Shown here one piece after another: positions 1 to 10,607 of a stretch of 49,132 bases of DNA (positions within the stretch are counted from its first letter, which is position 1; every line of letters starts with the position of its first letter). The notes below the pieces were generated by a model. That model was not told where the DNA came from. It was given only the letters and a program-made list of their open reading frames with translations, and ran no database searches. Made by a program: the position numbers and the translations under genes. Origin of the DNA: Acidobacteriota bacterium. Lineage in GTDB: Bacteria > Acidobacteriota > Vicinamibacteria > Vicinamibacterales > CAVVIG01. The stretch spans positions 13,170 through 62,301 of the forward strand of contig JAHFUI010000008.1 of NCBI GenBank assembly GCA_023265175.1, given 5' to 3'.

Positions 1-1142
<1,142 letters not shown>

Positions 1143-1153
1143 GAGGTTCTCCG

Positions 1154-1212
1154 GGGGTCAGATCTTGATTTTTGCGTGCGCGAGGTTGCCGCAAAAATCA
1201 AGATCTGACCCC
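1154..1212. repeat. Perfect 23-bp inverted repeat (GGGGTCAGATCTTGATTTTTGCG, 13-nt loop), REP/MITE-like
   Basis: Arms 1154-1176 and 1190-1212 are exact reverse complements. Confidence 0.9.
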
Positions 1213-2069
1213 GCTTCAGCAGCTCTACGCTGGCGCGCGACGTCTTCAGCGCGTGGGGGTGGGGCTCCACGCGCAACAAGAGCATGAAATGCTGCCACGA
1301 GGGCCGCAAACTCTCGCGGGCGAGTGATCGATCCAAGGTGTCCGGTTCGTTCGAGGACGCCGTGGCGCGCACCAGCGATCGAATCCATGTACGCCATGGT
1401 GCCGTCGACCGGCACGACATGGTCCAGGCTGCGCTCACCGGTCACGATCAGCGTCGGCGCGACGATCCGGGCGCAATCATCCCGAAGGTTGGTGTTCGCA
1501 ATGAGCGCCGCGCGAGCGGCCATCCGTGCCGGTGAAAGCGGCGCCCGAATGACGGCGGCCAGCTGTCGGCAGACAAAGCGCCAGCGCGCGCCGAGGCGCG
1601 GAAAGGCCGACCGGATCTCGTCGCGAAGCCGGAACGGCGACTCGGCCAGAAACAGCGGCCCAAAAAGCCAGGGCCAACGCGCGTACAGCCGATGGCGGGG
1701 CCGCAGGCGCCAGCCCGGGCCCGGCGCCGACACCAGAATGAGCGCCGCGGTGCGTTCCGGACACCGCGCCGCGAATCGGATCGCCGGAAGCGCGCCGAAG
1801 GAGATGCCGCAAATCACCGCGCGCTGGATGTCTGAGTGGTCGAGGACTGCGGTGACCTGACGGACGTCGTTGTCGATGCCGAGCGCCGGATCGAGCGGCT
1901 GGTCGCACCCCGGCTCACCGCGCAGCGGAAACGTCAGCGTGCGGAACGACGGCGCGAGCGCGTCGATAGCCGGACGCAGGTACTCCCATCGGCCCTGGAT
2001 GCCGGGAATCAGGACGAGCGGAGGACCCGCTCCGAACGCGAGCACGGATCGATCCTCAAATTTGGTCAT
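1158..2069 (-). CDS. Alpha/beta fold hydrolase
   Basis: PLVLIPGIQG oxyanion region, GISFG nucleophile elbow, PTLIVTGE..D and a C-terminal GH. Confidence 0.88.
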   Translation of the reverse strand: MTKFEDRSVLAFGAGPPLVLIPGIQGRWEYLRPAIDALAPSFRTLTFPLRGEPGCDQPLDPALGIDNDVRQVTAVLDHSDIQRAVICGISFGALPAIRFAARCPERTAALILVSAPGPGWRLRPRHRLYARWPWLFGPLFLAESPFRLRDEIRSAFPRLGARWRFVCRQLAAVIRAPLSPARMAARAALIANTNLRDDCARIVAPTLIVTGERSLDHVVPVDGTMAYMDSIAGARHGVLERTGHLGSITRPREFAALVAAFHALVARGAPPPRAEDVARQRRAAEAGSDLDFCGNLAHAKIKI

Positions 2070-2151
2070 CTGGTCATCTGGTAATCGGGTAATTCAATTG
2101 GTCGATTGAACAATCCAATTACCCGATTATCCATTTACTCGATTATCCGAT
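2063..2151. repeat. 8-nt periodic repeat hairpin (TGGTCATC/TGGTAATC units, then inverted GATTATCC-type units)
   Basis: Four units at 2063-2094 and four inverted units at 2117-2148. Core 13-bp perfect IR at 2082-2094/2117-2129. Confidence 0.85.
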
Positions 2152-4461
2152 TCAGTTTCTGAGCGTCTTTCCCGTCTTGAGCGTGTACTGAATGCGATCG
2201 AGCGTCTTCGGCTCGCCGCACAATTTTAAGAACGCTTCGCGCTCGAGGTCCAGCAGGTACGTCTCGCTGACGATGGTCTGATGCGGCAGAGAACCCCCCG
2301 AGAGAATTGAAGCAAGGACGCGGCCGATTGTTGCGTCGTGATCGCTGATGCGTCCCGCGCGCCATGCCAGGTGGACGCCGAGCTTGAGTGCGGCCAGGAC
2401 GCCGCCGCCGCCGACCGGAATCGCGCGCGGCGCAGGCTTGTGGTATCTCTCGCGTACGCGTTCCAGCGCGAGCGCTTTGGCGTCCGCCATCACCCGCTCG
2501 CGGTTCATCGTGGATTGATCGAGGGGCCTGAGATAACCAAGCCGTCTGCCGTCCTCGGCACTTGTCGAGACCTTCGCGAAACCGATCGTCTCGAAGGCAC
2601 GCTGAACGAACGGCAGAAGATTCGCCTGCGCTGGGAGACCGTCGACCATTCTGGCCAGCATCTCCTTGGTGCCCCCGCCCGCCGGGATGAGGCCGACGCC
2701 GACTTCGACCAGCCCGATATATGTTTCCGCCGCCGCCTGCACCCGATCGGCGTGAAGGACGATCTCGCAACCGCCGCCCAGCGTCAGACCGGCCGGACAC
2801 GAGACGACGGGTACATCCCCGTAGCGCAGTGCCTGCGTCGCACCTTGAAACGCGCGCACCATCGCATCGATCTCGTCCCAGTTGCCTTCCTGCGCCTCGA
2901 GCAGCAGCAGCATGAGGTTTGCGCCAGCGGAGAAGTTCGGCGCATCGTTGCCAACGACGAGCGCTTGAAAATTTGCGGCCGCCTCCTTGACGCCCGCGTG
3001 GAGCATCTGGATGGTATCGGCACCGATGGCGTTCATCTTCGAATGAAACTCGAGCGCGAGGACGCCGTCGCCGATGTCGACGAGGCTTGCGCCGGGATTG
3101 CGCCGGACGATCCGCTGGCGGTCTTTCGCGGCTTTCAGAATCTGTAGACCAGGTCCGGCCGTCGGCACGCCGTCCTCGCGGAAGCGATTGGAGCCGGCGC
3201 GCAACACCTGGTCGAGGAGCGACGGAACCTGGGCGTGATCACCCACTGCTTCGAGCACCTCACGGACGCCGATCGCATCCCAAGTCTCGAACGGTCCCAG
3301 CTCCCAACCGAACCCCCACTTCATCGCGCGATCCACATCGTCTATCGAGTGCGCGATGGACAAAGCGATGCGCGCGGTGTAGATCAACGTCGCTCCAAGC
3401 GTGCGGCGGAGGAACGTGCCGACCTTGTCGTGGCCCAGAAACAGCGACCTGATCCTGGCGCCGACATCTTCTATCGGCCGCGCCGCGTCGAGCGGCGGCA
3501 GGCGCGCCGGCAGCTTGGCGCGATAGGTGAGCGTGGCGGGATCGAGGGTGAGGATGTCCGACGGTGCTGTTTCGGCTGCGGCTGTCGCGCGCGGGCGCTC
3601 GCGCTTGTAAAACCCCTGGCCGGCCTTCTCGCCGATCCATCCCCGCTCGATCAGCGCGTCCACCAGCGGAGGCAGTCGAAAGAGGGCACGCGCCTCGTGG
3701 TCCGGCAGGTGCTCTGTGAGATTTCGGGCGACGTGTCCGAGCACGTCGATGCCGGCGATGTCCGCGGTGCGGAAGGTGGCGCTCTTCGGCCGGCCGAGAG
3801 CCGGACCGGTCATGGCATCGATCTCTTCGATCGTGTACTCGCCGGTCTCGAGCGCGCGCAGCACCTGAATCATGCCGAACAGACCGATGTGGTTCGCGAT
3901 GAAGTTCGGCGTGTCTTTCGCGATCACCACGCCTTTGCCGAGATGGACGTCGGCGAACCGCGATACGCGATTGAGGACGGCGGGATCGGTGTCGGCCGTC
4001 GGAATGACTTCGAGGAGCCGGAGGTATCGAGGCGGGTTGAAGAAGTGCGTCCCCAGCCAGTGGCGGCGGAAATCGTCGCTCCGGCCCGCCGATAACGCGG
4101 CGATCGGAATGCCCGAGGTGTTGGACGTGACGATCGTTCCGGGTCGTCGGACCGCATCGACACGCTCGAGCAGCGACTGCTTGACGTCAATCCGCTCGAC
4201 GACCGCTTCGACGATCCAGCCGACGTCGCGCAATCGAGCAAGGTCGCGATCGAAGCCGCCGGTCTCAATCAGCCGCGCGATGTCGGACGTGAAGAACGGA
4301 TCCGGTTTCAGGCCTCGTGCGCGCTCGAGTCCCTCGCGCGCGACTTCGTCCGTCAGATCCAGCAGCAGCGCCGGCACGCCGGCATTCGCGAAGTGCGCCG
4401 CGATCTGCGCGCCCATCGTTCCCGCGCCGAGGACAGCGACCGACCGAATCGATGCCGACAT
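2152..4461 (-). CDS. fadN: 3-hydroxyacyl-CoA dehydrogenase / enoyl-CoA hydratase (FadN type)
   Basis: N-terminal VAVLGAGTMGAQIAAH Rossmann motif, SNTSG, HFFNPPRY, and a C-terminal crotonase domain (FSAGANL, LGGGCE, GLVEVGVGLIPAGGG). Confidence 0.93.
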   Translation of the reverse strand: MSASIRSVAVLGAGTMGAQIAAHFANAGVPALLLDLTDEVAREGLERARGLKPDPFFTSDIARLIETGGFDRDLARLRDVGWIVEAVVERIDVKQSLLERVDAVRRPGTIVTSNTSGIPIAALSAGRSDDFRRHWLGTHFFNPPRYLRLLEVIPTADTDPAVLNRVSRFADVHLGKGVVIAKDTPNFIANHIGLFGMIQVLRALETGEYTIEEIDAMTGPALGRPKSATFRTADIAGIDVLGHVARNLTEHLPDHEARALFRLPPLVDALIERGWIGEKAGQGFYKRERPRATAAAETAPSDILTLDPATLTYRAKLPARLPPLDAARPIEDVGARIRSLFLGHDKVGTFLRRTLGATLIYTARIALSIAHSIDDVDRAMKWGFGWELGPFETWDAIGVREVLEAVGDHAQVPSLLDQVLRAGSNRFREDGVPTAGPGLQILKAAKDRQRIVRRNPGASLVDIGDGVLALEFHSKMNAIGADTIQMLHAGVKEAAANFQALVVGNDAPNFSAGANLMLLLLEAQEGNWDEIDAMVRAFQGATQALRYGDVPVVSCPAGLTLGGGCEIVLHADRVQAAAETYIGLVEVGVGLIPAGGGTKEMLARMVDGLPAQANLLPFVQRAFETIGFAKVSTSAEDGRRLGYLRPLDQSTMNRERVMADAKALALERVRERYHKPAPRAIPVGGGGVLAALKLGVHLAWRAGRISDHDATIGRVLASILSGGSLPHQTIVSETYLLDLEREAFLKLCGEPKTLDRIQYTLKTGKTLRN

Positions 4462-4591
4462 CTCACCTTAAATGTAGTCGAACTGCGGTGGCCTGTGGCT
4501 TACCTGCACTCCGAGCGAACACGTCCAAATGCCGGACTTATGGCAGAAAACGCACGGAATGTTCTCGAGGACGATGGTAGGATTTTGGAAT

Positions 4592-4715
4592 ATGGCGGTC
4601 AAACGCGAAGCCAGCATCGAGGATCTGTATCACGTCGAGGGCAAGGCCCAACGGGCAGGTGGCATGTCCCGTATGCAATCTTTCTAAGTCGAACACCGTC
4701 ACTACTGGTGTCTAG
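4592..4715 (+). pseudogene. Chimeric remnant: Uma2/DUF820-like endonuclease N-terminus joined out of frame to an HNH endonuclease C-terminus
   Basis: ATG 4592 gives MAVKREASIEDLYHVEGKA. The frame starting at 4650 gives NGQVACPVCNLSKSNTVTTGV*. Family assignments are from recalled motif similarity only. Confidence 0.6.
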
Positions 4716-4857
4716 CAAGTCGTGGTTCTTGCGCGCAGCGTCTCCGTGTTTCGCTAGTGTAGGTCTTCTTGAAATGCGCTGACAGCTGTGCCGGCGATCG
4801 CTCATCACGCCTCGTCGTTTGAGGAAATCGTAAATCTGCTGAACGGGCAGGTGTCCA

Positions 4858-5049
4858 ATGCCTGTGCTTGGAGACAAGGAACCGTGTCGCGCCACTCAGC
4901 GTTGCACCGGGACGATGGAATGGAAAAAAGTTGGAGTCAGTGATGCCGTCTTTTGCGGCGAGGACGATTCGGCCCATCCAGAGGCCGTTCCAGACTACGA
5001 AGCCTGGGTCTGTGATACGTGCAAAGCCGAATGGAAATATTCAAGCTGA
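4858..5049 (+). CDS. Small Cys-rich hypothetical protein, possible zinc ribbon
   Basis: 63 aa with C-x5-C and C-x2-C pairs, AGGTG just upstream of the ATG, filling an otherwise empty gap. Confidence 0.5.
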   Translation: MPVLGDKEPCRATQRCTGTMEWKKVGVSDAVFCGEDDSAHPEAVPDYEAWVCDTCKAEWKYSS

Positions 5050-5069
5050 CCCGCTACACCATCCAGCCT

Positions 5070-7271
5070 TTAGTACTTGGCGGTGTCGTGAATCGCCTGC
5101 AGGACGTCGGCGGTTTGCGGCAGGATCGCGTCTTCGAGATCGGGGTTGTAGGCGACGGGCGTGTCGAGGGCGCCGACGCGTCTGACCGGCGCATCGAGAT
5201 ATTCGAAGAGATCGCTGGCGATCCGTGCGGCGATTTCGGCGCCGAAGCCGCACGTCAACTGATCTTCATGCGCGATGACCACGCGGTTGGTGCGCTTCAC
5301 CTGCGCGGCGATGGCCTCCCAGTCGTACGGCGCGATCGTCCGTAGATCCAGCACCGCGACGCTGATGCCGTCCTTCTCCGCCTGATGCGCGGCGACGATG
5401 GTCCGCTGGACCAGCGCGCCCCAGGCGACCACCAGCACGTCGGTGCCTTCCTGCCGCAGGCTGGCTTTTCCAAACGGGATCATGAAGTCTTTGCCGGGAT
5501 ACTCGGCCTTGTTGTACGTCTGCCGATACAGGTGTTTGTGTTCGAGAAACAACACCGGATCGTCGCAGCGGATCGCGGTGCGCAGGAGGCCCGCGGCGTC
5601 CATCGCGTTGGACGGAAACACCACCCGGATGCCGGGGCAGTGCGCGAAGATGCTCTCGCCCGACTGGCTGTGATACGGCCCGCCGCCGCGCAGGTAGCCG
5701 CCGATCGCCGTGCGAATCACCATCGGGCACGAGTAGGTGTTGCCCGATCGGTACCGCATCATCGACATCTCGTCGCGCAGTTGCATCATCGCGGGCCAGA
5801 TGTAATCGAAGAACTGGATCTCGACGACCGGCTTGAGGCCGCGGATCGCCATCCCGACGCCGCGCCCGATGATGTTGGCCTCGGCCAGCGGCGAATTGAA
5901 CACGCGATTCTCGCCGTACAGCCGCTGCAGGCCGTGCGTCAGCTTGAAGACGCCGCCCTTTCCGGTGACGACGGCCAGCGCTTCCTTCCGGCTGGCGTCC
6001 GCCACGTCTTCGCCGAAGACGACAATGCGCGGGTTGTGCGCCATTTCGTCCTTGAGCGTGCGATTGATCGCCGCCACCATCGTGTCCGGCTTGCCGTCGG
6101 GTTGTGCCCGTGTTTCGAACGCGGACGAGGTGGGGTCCACGTCGGGGGAGTAGACCCAGAGCGCCGCGGTGTCTCTGGCCGGCTGCGGCGCGTGAAGCGC
6201 TTCGAGCGCGGCGTCGTTGATTTCGCGCTCGACGTCGGCAAGCATGGCCGCGAGGTCGCGATCGGTCGCCAGCCCGTTGTCCTTCAGAAACTCGGCAGAT
6301 CGGGTGATGGGATCGCGCCGCGCCTCCGCTTCGCGCTCCGCGGGCGTCTTGTACAGGCGCTCATCGTCTGAGAGAGAATGCGAGTACGGGCGGATGCACC
6401 GTGCGTGCACGAACGCCGGCCCGTTGCGGGCGCGCACGTACGCCGCCGCGGTGCGCATCGCGCGCACGCTCGCCAGAAAATCGGTACCGTCGATCGAATC
6501 GACGTGGAGGCTGGGAAACGAACGCACGAGCCGCGAGATGTCGCCGCCCGGCGTCTGGAACTCGACCGGCACTGAAATCGCGTAGCCGTTGTCTTCGATC
6601 AGAAACAAGACCGGCAAGCGTCGCAAGCACGTCGTGCCGAGCGCCTCCCAGAACTCGCCTTCGCTCGTCGCGCCTTCACCAAGCGACGTGAACACGATGT
6701 CGTCCGCGTGAAACCGTGACGCGCGATCCTCGATGTCAGCGACGCGGCTGTAGATAACGCTGGCGTCAGCCGCGCCAACCGCGTGCAGGACCTGCGTGCC
6801 GGTGGGACTCGATCCCGAGACGATGTTGAGCGCCGTGTTGGCCCAGTGCGACGGCATCTGGCGGCCGCCTGAGCTTGGGTCGGCGCTGCTGCCGACGGCA
6901 GCCAGCAGCATCTCGAGCGGCGTCACGCCAAGCTGCAGGCACAAGGCGCGGTCGCGATAGTACGGAAAGAACCAGTCGTATGCCGGCTTCAGCGCCAGGC
7001 CGGCGGCGATCTGGATCGCCTCGTGCCCCGCGCCGCTGATCTGAAAGAAGATTTTGCTTTGGTGCTTGAGCTGGATCTCCTTGTCGTCAAGCTTGCGCGA
7101 CAGGAGCATCGTGCGATGCGCGCGCAGCAAGGCGTCTTGATCCAGGCCGTGGAAGATTACACCGCTCGATTGACTCGCGGCACCGCTCAATTGGTTCGCG
7201 GTGCTCGATTGACTCGCGGCGTCCGATTGCCCGCCCACAGCTTCGCTGCCGTTGACGACAGACGATTTCAT
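5070..7271 (-). CDS. 2-oxoacid (probably branched-chain) dehydrogenase E1, fused alpha/beta subunits
   Basis: GRQMPSH, TPP-binding [14 protein letters not shown]...DNGYAIS, HSLSDD, and beta-part [30 protein letters not shown]. Confidence 0.93.
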   Translation of the reverse strand: MKSSVVNGSEAVGGQSDAASQSSTANQLSGAASQSSGVIFHGLDQDALLRAHRTMLLSRKLDDKEIQLKHQSKIFFQISGAGHEAIQIAAGLALKPAYDWFFPYYRDRALCLQLGVTPLEMLLAAVGSSADPSSGGRQMPSHWANTALNIVSGSSPTGTQVLHAVGAADASVIYSRVADIEDRASRFHADDIVFTSLGEGATSEGEFWEALGTTCLRRLPVLFLIEDNGYAISVPVEFQTPGGDISRLVRSFPSLHVDSIDGTDFLASVRAMRTAAAYVRARNGPAFVHARCIRPYSHSLSDDERLYKTPAEREAEARRDPITRSAEFLKDNGLATDRDLAAMLADVEREINDAALEALHAPQPARDTAALWVYSPDVDPTSSAFETRAQPDGKPDTMVAAINRTLKDEMAHNPRIVVFGEDVADASRKEALAVVTGKGGVFKLTHGLQRLYGENRVFNSPLAEANIIGRGVGMAIRGLKPVVEIQFFDYIWPAMMQLRDEMSMMRYRSGNTYSCPMVIRTAIGGYLRGGGPYHSQSGESIFAHCPGIRVVFPSNAMDAAGLLRTAIRCDDPVLFLEHKHLYRQTYNKAEYPGKDFMIPFGKASLRQEGTDVLVVAWGALVQRTIVAAHQAEKDGISVAVLDLRTIAPYDWEAIAAQVKRTNRVVIAHEDQLTCGFGAEIAARIASDLFEYLDAPVRRVGALDTPVAYNPDLEDAILPQTADVLQAIHDTAKY

Positions 7272-7279
7272 CGGCGCAA

Positions 7280-7288
7280 ATTATAGCA
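7280..7288 (-). promoter_or_regulatory. Extended -10 promoter TGCTATAAT, 8 nt before the E1 ATG (leaderless transcript likely)
   Basis: Perfect TGn-TATAAT with no Shine-Dalgarno between it and ATG 7271. Confidence 0.7.
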
Positions 7289-7376
7289 TCCGGGCAACGA
7301 AGCTTGGCACACGCGACGTAGCGCCAGTCTGGCCGAAGCTTCGTTGTTAAATTAGATGGTATATTCTCGACCCATC

Positions 7377-7739
7377 ATGAGCGTGCAGACGGTTCGGCTC
7401 CACCGCTGGGATGAAATCGCGCTCGAAAAGGTCACCGAAATGGTGTCGCGCAAGATCGTCACCGGCGAGCGCGAGATGCTCGCGCAAGTGTACTTGAAGC
7501 GCGGCTGCCTGGTCCCCATGCACTCGCATGAAAGCGAGCAGATGACCTACATCCTGCAGGGCGCTCTCAAGTTCATCGTCGGCGGCGAGGAGATTACCGT
7601 CCGCGAAGGGGAAGTGCTGCACATCCCTTCCGCGGTCGAGCACCAGGCCGAAGCGCTCGAAGACACCTTCGAGCTGGACGTGTTCAGCCCGATTCGGCAG
7701 GACTGGCTGGATCACACCGACGACTACTTCGGGCGATGA
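7377..7739 (+). CDS. Cupin domain protein
   Basis: PMHSHESEQMTYILQG and GEVLHIPSAVEH cupin motifs. Start moved to ATG 7377 because TGGTATATT (7357-7365) looks like its promoter. Confidence 0.9.
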   Translation: MSVQTVRLHRWDEIALEKVTEMVSRKIVTGEREMLAQVYLKRGCLVPMHSHESEQMTYILQGALKFIVGGEEITVREGEVLHIPSAVEHQAEALEDTFELDVFSPIRQDWLDHTDDYFGR

Positions 7740-7754
7740 AAGGCGGTGGTTCGT

Positions 7755-8501
7755 TCAGTGCACGCGCCGGTCGTAGTCGTCGGCGCGGCCGCCGGAGTAC
7801 ACGTCGAACTTCCTGCGGACCCGATTGATCTTCCACTTCATATAGCGGTACTTCACTTCCGCCATCGGATGGATGCGGGCGCTTTTCAGGAACAGGTATG
7901 CCACGAGCAGGCCTCCCAAGTGTGTGGCGTGCGCCAGGCCGCCGCCCGTCCCTGACACCGAGGAGAAAAACGAGATCGCGCCCATGATGAGCACGAAGTA
8001 CTTCGCCGGAATGGCGAACACGAAATACATGTAGATCGGACGGTCGGGAAAATACATCGCGTAGGCGAGCAGCAAGCCGTAGATGGCCCCCGACGCTCCG
8101 ATCGTCAACGAGTACATCACCTGCTGCGAGAAGGCGAACGGCAGCACCGCGACGAGCACGGTGATCACGCCGGCGCCGGCGCCGGTGACGAAGTAGAACT
8201 TCAGAAAGTAGCGCGTCCCCCACATTCGCTCGAGCTCCGCCCCGAACATCCACAGCGCCAGCATGTTGAACACGATGTGGAACACACCACCGTGAAGGAA
8301 CATGTAGGTGATGAGCTGCCACAGCCGCAGCTGCGTGAGCACGGCGAGCGGAGACAGCCCCAGCCACCGCGTCAGCGACGGGACGAACGCCGTCGCGAAG
8401 AACATCGCCACGTTGGCGCCGATGAGCGCCTTGAGGGCTGTCGAAATCGGGCCGGGTCCGAAGGAAAACGAGGAAGCGTAAGGCGAAGGATAACGGCGCA
8501 T
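7755..8501 (-). CDS. Rhomboid family intramembrane serine protease
   Basis: WQLITYMFLHGG, HIVFNMLALWMFG, catalytic GASG and AH..HLGG. Start set at ATG 8501. Confidence 0.93.
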   Translation of the reverse strand: MRRYPSPYASSFSFGPGPISTALKALIGANVAMFFATAFVPSLTRWLGLSPLAVLTQLRLWQLITYMFLHGGVFHIVFNMLALWMFGAELERMWGTRYFLKFYFVTGAGAGVITVLVAVLPFAFSQQVMYSLTIGASGAIYGLLLAYAMYFPDRPIYMYFVFAIPAKYFVLIMGAISFFSSVSGTGGGLAHATHLGGLLVAYLFLKSARIHPMAEVKYRYMKWKINRVRRKFDVYSGGRADDYDRRVH

Positions 8502-8541
8502 GGCGCGAGCCCCGAATCGTACCACATCCGGACGCGGCGTC

Positions 8542-10164
8542 TTACATTGATCCGGCGCGCGAGTGACCGAGCCGCGTCCGCAGCAACGCCATGGCTTCGC
8601 CAAATTCGGCGATCGCCAGAAGCTTCGCGGCGACAGCGAGCGCCGCCAGGCCCGACGCGATTTCGAGCGCCAGTCGAATCGATTGCGAGGCCAGGCTCTT
8701 GCCGGCGATGATCGTCTCCGCTCCATGCTCCACACCGAAAACGACCGTGGCCATCACGAGGGAGGCGGCTGTAATTTTCACGAGCGCAACCGCGAGATGT
8801 TTCGCGCCGATGCCGTCCAGGCGCCGCCGCAACAGCAGCATCAGGAGAGCGCCGTTGGCGAGGGCGGCCAGAGACGTGCCCAAGGCGAGACCGCGGAAGC
8901 CCATCGCGCGCACGAGCAGGAAACTCAGAACGATGTTCGCGCCGATGGTGCAGAAGCTCACGGTCACCGGTATGCGGCTCTGTCGCAGGGCATAGAAGGC
9001 AGGCGACGCAATCCGGGCCGTCGAGTAGCCGATCAGGCCGACGGCATAGAGACGCAGCGCGGCCGCCGTCGGTGCGGTGTCGGCCGGTAGAAAGCGTCCG
9101 TGCTCGAACAAGAGCCGCACGATCGGTGTGGCGAGCGTGATGAGGCCGAGCGTCGCCGGGACGTTCAGCATCAACATCAGCGACACCCCGCGCGACAACG
9201 TCTCGCGGACGCCGTCGATGTCGTCAGTAGCGGCGCGCCTCGACACCGCCGGCAGCACCGCCGTCGCAATCGAGACGCCGAACAGTCCGATCGGCAAGTA
9301 CATCAAGCGGAACGCGTAGGTCAGCCACGACACGGCACCGGTGCCCTGACTCGTCGCGAGGAGAGTGTTGACGAAGATGTTGACCTGCGTCGCGGCGAGG
9401 CCGATCGTGCCGGGGCCCATCAGCCACAACACCTGACCCAATCCCGGATCGCGCGGGTCGAAGACCGCGCGATACCGAAATCCTTCCCGTCTGATCGAAC
9501 GCCATTGCGTCGCGATTTGGCCGATGCCGCCCGCGACGGCCGAAATCGCGATGGCCATGATCGGCGGCCATCCAACGAGCGGCATGACGGGCACCAGCGT
9601 CAACGCGCCGACGATCGTCGCGACATTGAACGCTGCGGGCGCGAGCGCCGGCACGAAGTAGTGATGCAGCGAATTGAGCATCCCCATCATCACCGCGGCG
9701 ACCGCGGTCATCATGAGGAAGGGAAGCATCACGCGTGTCAGCTGGACGGTCAGTTCGAGCTTGCCCGGAACCGACGCAAACTGCGCGGCGTACGCGCCGA
9801 CGATCGGGTGCGCGAAGAGGATGCCGATCGTCACGAGCGCGCCGGTGATGATGAGCAACCCGTTCAGGACGTTGTTGCCGAGCCGCCATGCGTCGTGCCG
9901 GCCACGCGCCGTGAGGACACGCGTGAAGGTGGGCACGAATGCCGCGCTCATGGCGCCTTCAGCGAACAGATCGCGCACCAGATTTGGAATCCGGAACGCG
10001 ACGATGAAGGCGTCCATTTCGTTCCCGGCGCCGAACAGCGCCGCGAGCACCTGATCGCGGGCGAGGCCGAGGATGCGGCTGGTGAGTGTCGCCGCGGCAG
10101 TCAGCCCGGCGGATCGTGCGAGCCCGAATGAGGCTGAGTGGGAGGGTGTATCGGTGTCAGCCAC
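8542..10164 (-). CDS. murJ: Lipid II flippase MurJ (MviN)
   Basis: SRILGLARD, DAFIVAFRIPNLVRDLFAEGAMSAAFVP, LTYAFRLMYLPIGLFG. Confidence 0.96.
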   Translation of the reverse strand: MADTDTPSHSASFGLARSAGLTAAATLTSRILGLARDQVLAALFGAGNEMDAFIVAFRIPNLVRDLFAEGAMSAAFVPTFTRVLTARGRHDAWRLGNNVLNGLLIITGALVTIGILFAHPIVGAYAAQFASVPGKLELTVQLTRVMLPFLMMTAVAAVMMGMLNSLHHYFVPALAPAAFNVATIVGALTLVPVMPLVGWPPIMAIAISAVAGGIGQIATQWRSIRREGFRYRAVFDPRDPGLGQVLWLMGPGTIGLAATQVNIFVNTLLATSQGTGAVSWLTYAFRLMYLPIGLFGVSIATAVLPAVSRRAATDDIDGVRETLSRGVSLMLMLNVPATLGLITLATPIVRLLFEHGRFLPADTAPTAAALRLYAVGLIGYSTARIASPAFYALRQSRIPVTVSFCTIGANIVLSFLLVRAMGFRGLALGTSLAALANGALLMLLLRRRLDGIGAKHLAVALVKITAASLVMATVVFGVEHGAETIIAGKSLASQSIRLALEIASGLAALAVAAKLLAIAEFGEAMALLRTRLGHSRAGSM

Positions 10165-10606
10165 TCAGCTTGCCGCGCGCCAGCTCGTTCACCGTCCTTC
10201 CATCGACGTTCTGGCCGGACAGCTTTGCCATGGCGGCTTTCATCACTCGGCCGACGTCTTTGGCGGATGCCGCGCCGGTCTCGGCAATCGCTTCGACGAT
10301 CGCGCGGTCGACCACGGCCGGATCGGCGGCGGGAGGTAGGTACGATTCCAGCACGGCGATTTCAGCGGCTTCCTTGTCCGCAAGATCCTGGCGGCCGCCG
10401 CGCATGAATTGCTCGATGGAATCCTTGCGCTGCTTCACGAGTGCGCTCACAACCTGCCGTGATTCATTGTCGTCGAGCGCACGGCCTTTCTCGACATCGC
10501 GGTTCATGAGCGCGGCCTTGAGCATGCGCAACGCGCTCAAGCGCGCCGGCGCCTGCTTGCGCATCGCATCCGTCATCGCGGCCTGGACCTCGTCCACTAA
10601 GGCCAA
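10157..10606 (-). CDS. yqeY: GatB/YqeY domain protein
   Basis: AMRK...LSALRMLKAAL, KQRKDSIEQF..GGRQDLADKE..EIAVLESYLP, KDVGRVM. Confidence 0.93.
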   Translation of the reverse strand: MALVDEVQAAMTDAMRKQAPARLSALRMLKAALMNRDVEKGRALDDNESRQVVSALVKQRKDSIEQFMRGGRQDLADKEAAEIAVLESYLPPAADPAVVDRAIVEAIAETGAASAKDVGRVMKAAMAKLSGQNVDGRTVNELARGKLSG

Positions 10607-10607
10607 T

